This document shows positions 59,847-64,000 of a DNA stretch of 64,000 nucleotides, in pieces. The stretch is from positions 45,344-109,343 of the forward strand of contig JAVJSW010000008.1 in the NCBI GenBank assembly GCA_040219255.1. The letters are read 5' to 3'. Source of the stretch: Sumerlaeia bacterium (GTDB taxonomy: Bacteria > Sumerlaeota > Sumerlaeia > SLMS01 > JAHLLQ01). The stretch's first letter is position 1. The number at the start of each line of letters is the position of its first letter. Both the position numbers and the translations under genes were made by a program. The notes under the pieces were generated by a model that worked only from the letters and a program-made list of their open reading frames with translations, did no database searches and was not told where the DNA came from.

Positions 59847-60701
59847 ATGGGACTGGAGCCATCGGCGGAATTCCCCAGTCCGGAAGCGGCGGTGGACGTC
59901 ATGGGACGCTTGCTCGACGAGGGCAAGGCCCAGGAGGCCCTCGCCTTCGTCGACCCCATCGCCGCGCAATTTCCCGATAGCCCGGTGGCTCAGCATCTTT
60001 GCGGCCTCGTCTGCGAGCGGACCTATATTGAACTGACCGCTCTCGGCAAGGCCGCCGATTTCAATCTCTATCGCCAGGCGGAACACTTCTATCGCCGCGC
60101 CGCCGCCCTGGAAACCGACGAAGGCGCCCAGAACGTCCATCGCGAACGCCTTTACGCCGCCGTGTTCGTCATCGGGACGCAGCAAAGCGACCCGGAGCGA
60201 TTGCGCGAGGCTTACGACCTGGCGCTCGAACTGGCCGATACGTCGGAGGAAGTCACCATCCGCGAAAAGTACGGCCGCGAAGCCGCCATCGTCGCCACCG
60301 CCATGGCGCGCGTCAGCCGCCAGGACGCCGACTGGCGCCGGGCCGAGCGCCTGTTCTCCGAATCGAAGGCTCCTTTCGACGAGCGCGAGACCTACTTTTT
60401 TCACTACTATCAGGGACTGGTGGCGCGCGAGTTGGGTCAGCGGCTCGAGGACGAGGCGCGTCTCGCCTCGGCGGCGGACCGCTTTCGGCGAGCCTCTTCC
60501 ATTCAGACAAGCCGCGGCGTGGATTATTTGCTCGCCGACTGCCTCATTCAGCTTTCCTCGCCCAACCCGGAAGACCTATCGGACATGGATCGGATCGTGG
60601 CGGAATTGATGGCGGCCAACCCCGACGATCCCCTTGTCGCGAGCCTGAAGAAGCGCTACGAACTTCGCAAACGCCTCCTGGAAGGGGAAACCGACGCGTG
60701 A
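59847..60701 (+). CDS. Hypothetical TPR-like protein
   Basis: Helical repeat pattern; tightly coupled to nusA and the amidotransferase gene. Confidence 0.7.
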   Translation: MGLEPSAEFPSPEAAVDVMGRLLDEGKAQEALAFVDPIAAQFPDSPVAQHLCGLVCERTYIELTALGKAADFNLYRQAEHFYRRAAALETDEGAQNVHRERLYAAVFVIGTQQSDPERLREAYDLALELADTSEEVTIREKYGREAAIVATAMARVSRQDADWRRAERLFSESKAPFDERETYFFHYYQGLVARELGQRLEDEARLASAADRFRRASSIQTSRGVDYLLADCLIQLSSPNPEDLSDMDRIVAELMAANPDDPLVASLKKRYELRKRLLEGETDA

Positions 60702-61291
60702 TTCTCGTTGTCGACAACTACGATTCCTTTACTTACAACCTGGTCCAGTACCTCGGTGAACTCGGTGCCACCCTGGAAGTGGTCCGCAACGACAAGATCA
60801 CCGCAGCCCTGATGGACCGGCTCCAACCCACGCGCATCGTCATCTCCCCGGGCCCCGGCACACCCGACGACGCCGGCGAGTCCTGCAACGTTCTCAGCAA
60901 ACATGCCCAGCGCATCCCCACCCTCGGCGTCTGCCTCGGCCACCAATGCATCGGCCAGGTCTTCGGCGGTATCGTGAGCCGAGCGCCCCGCCTGATGCAC
61001 GGCAAGACCAGCCCCATCACCCACGACAACGAGGGCGTCTTCGAAGGCCTCTCGAACCCCTTCACGGCAACGCGTTACCACTCGCTCATCATCGAGGACA
61101 AGGACGTCCCGGACGACCTGGAAATCTGCGCCCGCAGCCAGGACGACAACTGCATCATGGGCGTCCGCCACAAGCTCTACCCGATCCACGGCGTCCAATT
61201 CCACCCCGAGTCGATCCTGACGACGGAAGGCAAGAAGCTGCTAAAGAATTTCCTGGAGTTGGCCAACACATCGGAAACGATTGGGGTGTAG
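60698..61291 (+). CDS. trpG: Anthranilate synthase component II / PabA glutamine amidotransferase
   Basis: DNYDSFTYNL, SPGPG, GVCLGHQ, RYHSL and QFHPES. Confidence 0.92.
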   Translation: MILVVDNYDSFTYNLVQYLGELGATLEVVRNDKITAALMDRLQPTRIVISPGPGTPDDAGESCNVLSKHAQRIPTLGVCLGHQCIGQVFGGIVSRAPRLMHGKTSPITHDNEGVFEGLSNPFTATRYHSLIIEDKDVPDDLEICARSQDDNCIMGVRHKLYPIHGVQFHPESILTTEGKKLLKNFLELANTSETIGV

Positions 61292-61341
61292 GGGCGCCGA
61301 GGACTGTAGTTCACAACGGCATGAGTCACGGGGTTCAATCG

Positions 61342-62382
61342 CTAGGAATCGACGACGGCGAGCAGCGGCACATGGCATCGATAGTTACCTGTCGGTGCTC
61401 GAATTTCGACCTCGACCTCGCTTCGAACGTACCCTCTGACCTTGTCAGAGTCTGAAATGATAATATTCCATTCAAGAAAAAAGGCGGCCGGACCGTGCGG
61501 TTCCGTCTCGACCACTTCAATGTTCAAATTGGGCTCCTGTGTGGCGAGTCCAATACTCCCGACTTGAAGGTCTGGAAGGGCGCTTACGATTTCAAATTTC
61601 CTTCTGTGCTGTTTCTGCTCCGCATGGGGAACAAAGAAACTTGCCGGTTGGATCGTCACGGGCTCAACGAGGTTACCTTTGATGGCCAGCCCCACTTTGT
61701 CGTCGCTCTCCAACCAAACATAATCTCTGAACAGACCCTCTTCACCTGCAACCGGTGCATAGATAAACTCAATATCGTTTCTCCATAGCCCGAGTTTGTC
61801 ATCTTCGTATGGGCCGGAAGCGCTAACGGAAATGACTTCGCTTCGCAATCCCTTGAACCGCGGTGAATCCATCAGGTAGTCCGGGGCCGCGGCATGGATA
61901 GAGAATTCGAGTTCGACGGGCTCATGCCGAAGCACATCTCCCACCCAGATGCTTTGGGGATGGATGCGAAGAGCGACATCCGTGTGCAATTCAATTTGCA
62001 GCTTCGCCGGGTCTTCTGGGAATTTGTCCGCGTAGAGCAATACCGTTTGCAGCGAAAGGCCGCACACGCTGGCTGCCTCGACGGAAACCATTATCGTCCC
62101 CGATTCGTTCGGTGCGTACGTATCGTCCGGCAATTCGACAGCGATGCACTTGCAGGAGGCTTCATATTTGTCGACACGAATAGCTCGCGAACTCGTGTTG
62201 ACAAATTCCACTTCCAAGACCTTGGTCTGTCCGGGACGAAGGGTCCCAGTCTGTACAAGATCCCGGGGCAATGAAAGAGAGGCTTCAGCTTCCCGAACCC
62301 ATTTGGTCCGCGTAATGAAGATATAGACTGCGGGGACAAAAACAATGATTAGGAGGATCAGGTAATTATTTCGCTTTTTCAT
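61342..62382 (-). CDS. DUF1573 domain (Ig-like) membrane-anchored protein
   Basis: N-terminal TM helix, F.N......I...ASCKC motif, repeated Ig-like segments; AT-richer codon usage. Confidence 0.7.
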   Translation of the reverse strand: MKKRNNYLILLIIVFVPAVYIFITRTKWVREAEASLSLPRDLVQTGTLRPGQTKVLEVEFVNTSSRAIRVDKYEASCKCIAVELPDDTYAPNESGTIMVSVEAASVCGLSLQTVLLYADKFPEDPAKLQIELHTDVALRIHPQSIWVGDVLRHEPVELEFSIHAAAPDYLMDSPRFKGLRSEVISVSASGPYEDDKLGLWRNDIEFIYAPVAGEEGLFRDYVWLESDDKVGLAIKGNLVEPVTIQPASFFVPHAEQKQHRRKFEIVSALPDLQVGSIGLATQEPNLNIEVVETEPHGPAAFFLEWNIIISDSDKVRGYVRSEVEVEIRAPTGNYRCHVPLLAVVDS

Positions 62383-63706
62383 TGCGCCTATACCAGAAAA
62401 ACATGCAAGTTAAAGCGGCGATGAAAACTCCTCCGGCGAGCAAGAATCGCACTACGTTCGGTGTTTCAGAGTCCGGAGTGGCGGATGACGCGGCCATTTC
62501 CCCTTCTACTTTACCCGCCTCGACACGTATGGTGGCGGGGGAGGGAGAAGCCAGCTCCGCTTCCGGCTCCATCGTCAGGGCATCCATGTCCAGTTGACGA
62601 ACCATCTTTTCGATCATTTGTGGGGACGGTGCTAAATTCTCTACGAGACCAGAGATCATCAATTCGTAAATCGTGCCAGAGAGCTTATCGTGGACCACCG
62701 TATCCGGCCGCATGTCAAAGTCTTCAAGTGTCAGCTTTTCCAGTACCTGATCACGATCAAGTTTCAATGGACGTGATGTCAATTTCCTCTTGAAGCTGTA
62801 GAGGATTTCCTCCTGGAAATCTTTTTGGACCCATTCGTAGTCAACCCCTTCCAAGAAGGGACTTCCATGGTGAGTCGCCCATACATAGTCAACTGTTAGC
62901 TGTTCATGGCCGCCATCTGAAAAGGTCGTAATTGCTGAGCGATAACGCAGTGGAAGATAATTATTTTCCATGGAAAACGAGAGTGCTATATCAGCCGTGA
63001 AAGAGGAAGTACTGCCCTTCATGCTGAATTCTATTCCCGACTGATTTTCATTGACCTCAAGCCTGATGAGTGACTGAACTTCCGCGCTTGACCAGAATCT
63101 TAGCGTTTCGTAGACAGGCTCTTCTTTGTACTCAATCAGGCGGATCGGGTTGATGTTCTCACCCCAAGACGCCTTTTTAAACTCTTGCCGATCATCGACC
63201 GTTAGGATGGGGGAATTCTCTTGGGACACAGGGTGCATATTGTAGTGAAAGAACCGGGCATCCGCCACAAGCACTTTTGAATTTATAAGTATCGGCTGAT
63301 AGTCATCCGCTGGATAGGAATAGTCGTTAAATTGTCGGCTTCTCATGTCGATGTCCAGTCGAATTCCCAATGACTCCGCATCGTATGCGAAGAAGCATCT
63401 CATTTCCGAAATGTCCGTTACGAAATCATCTTCACTGCTGATCACGTCGTTACCAATCAGTCGTAGCAAGAGGGATTCGGACAAGAGACTCGCTTGATAG
63501 TAGGCTTCATCTTCAACTTGCAATTCGGCGCAATAGAACTCTTGCTCATCGAGATAATTTTGAATTGCGCCTTCAACAATGAGTATAGCCTCCTCGACTT
63601 TAAGACGAGGAGGCATCCCTGCTTCTTGACCTATGACACGGTGAGTCGCGCCTATTACAGTCGCGACGACCAGGAACGTTCCACTAATAACAAGACGTGC
63701 CCTCAA
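62366..63706 (-). CDS. Hypothetical exported protein with a C-terminal TM anchor; 5' end abuts IS66
   Basis: Signal-like LVISGTFLVVATVIG, C-terminal FLLAGGVFIAALTCMFFWYRR; TTG at 63706 is the first plausible start outside the IS; AT-richer. Confidence 0.65.
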   Translation of the reverse strand: MRARLVISGTFLVVATVIGATHRVIGQEAGMPPRLKVEEAILIVEGAIQNYLDEQEFYCAELQVEDEAYYQASLLSESLLLRLIGNDVISSEDDFVTDISEMRCFFAYDAESLGIRLDIDMRSRQFNDYSYPADDYQPILINSKVLVADARFFHYNMHPVSQENSPILTVDDRQEFKKASWGENINPIRLIEYKEEPVYETLRFWSSAEVQSLIRLEVNENQSGIEFSMKGSTSSFTADIALSFSMENNYLPLRYRSAITTFSDGGHEQLTVDYVWATHHGSPFLEGVDYEWVQKDFQEEILYSFKRKLTSRPLKLDRDQVLEKLTLEDFDMRPDTVVHDKLSGTIYELMISGLVENLAPSPQMIEKMVRQLDMDALTMEPEAELASPSPATIRVEAGKVEGEMAASSATPDSETPNVVRFLLAGGVFIAALTCMFFWYRRNEKAK

Positions 63707-63709
63707 GAC

Positions 63710-64000
63710 GTAAGCGTCAGTTGAGCCACGTCCCCGGCGGCCTTGCCATCGTCCGTGGCGGGGCGTAGCGTCTCCACGAGCCTCGAGCCCGCTTGGCCTG
63801 AGGAACCACCGTTTCGCTCGCGTTGGTCTTTTGCGGATGTTAACTGCTGTCGAATATTTAGCCGATTTCGGCCCCACCCTCGGTTGCAGCCCGAGCCGCC
63901 GCCCAGCGGTCCGGCAACCATTGAGCCAATTGGCTTTGCGGCGAGTCCGGCAGTTCTGTGAAGAGAGCCTGCAGGTACTCGAGGGGGTTGGCGCCGGCCC
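63710..64000 (-). mobile_element. IS66-family insertion sequence, right end (partial)
   Basis: Terminus GTAAGCGTC at 63710 matches the GTAA-starting IS66 inverted repeat; GC content rises here and a transposase C-terminus follows. Confidence 0.8.
63858..64000 (-). CDS. tnpC: IS66 transposase TnpC, C-terminal fragment
   Basis: Manual translation AGANPLEYLQALFTELPDSPQSQLAQWLPDRWAAARAATEGGAEIG* fits the IS66 C-terminal pattern NP..YL...L..LP......LLP..W. Confidence 0.8.
   Translation of the reverse strand, partial: AGANPLEYLQALFTELPDSPQSQLAQWLPDRWAAARAATEGGAEIG

Noticed and set aside
63707-63877. N-terminal part of the 503-aa ORF
   Set aside because: Derived almost entirely from IS66 terminal sequence.

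Overview
GC-rich bacterial chromosomal segment with about 57 CDSs and one tRNA-Phe(GAA). A prepilin-like protein of the AFTLIELLIVVAIIAILAAIAVPNFLEAQ...YDPTNG type and a secreted protein ending in a W-x-x-Y tail suggest Candidatus Sumerlaeota (BRC1); this is an inference from recalled family style, not a search. Most genes are housekeeping or envelope genes in scrambled order (ddl, purA, two pal-like genes, cls, folD, apt, UbiD-family decarboxylase, HU/IHF, RluA family, sulfite reductase, stand-alone ftsZ, malQ, pth, stand-alone nusA, trpG/pabA). Loci worth a second look: (1) an orphan CARF-HEPN (TIGR02710-like) gene with altered motifs, linked to a small membrane protein and a cupin, with no cas genes or CRISPR array in the window; (2) a co-oriented run of primase-type zinc finger/TPR protein, two PilT ATPases, an orphan DNA methyltransferase and a gingipain-like C25 peptidase; (3) a flippase, degenerate-PAP2/kinase fusion and ArsS-like radical SAM unit; (4) tandem zinc-ribbon membrane paralogs with near-identical 5' ends and divergent 3' ends; (5) an apparently autoregulated ECF sigma operon; (6) an AT-richer island at the right end, hit by an IS66 element that the ORF track misses. 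Also present: an unlisted 30-aa membrane ORF, REP/MITE-like repeats, a likely nusA leader attenuator and an Rrf2-like operator. All calls come from reading motifs by eye; no database searches were run.
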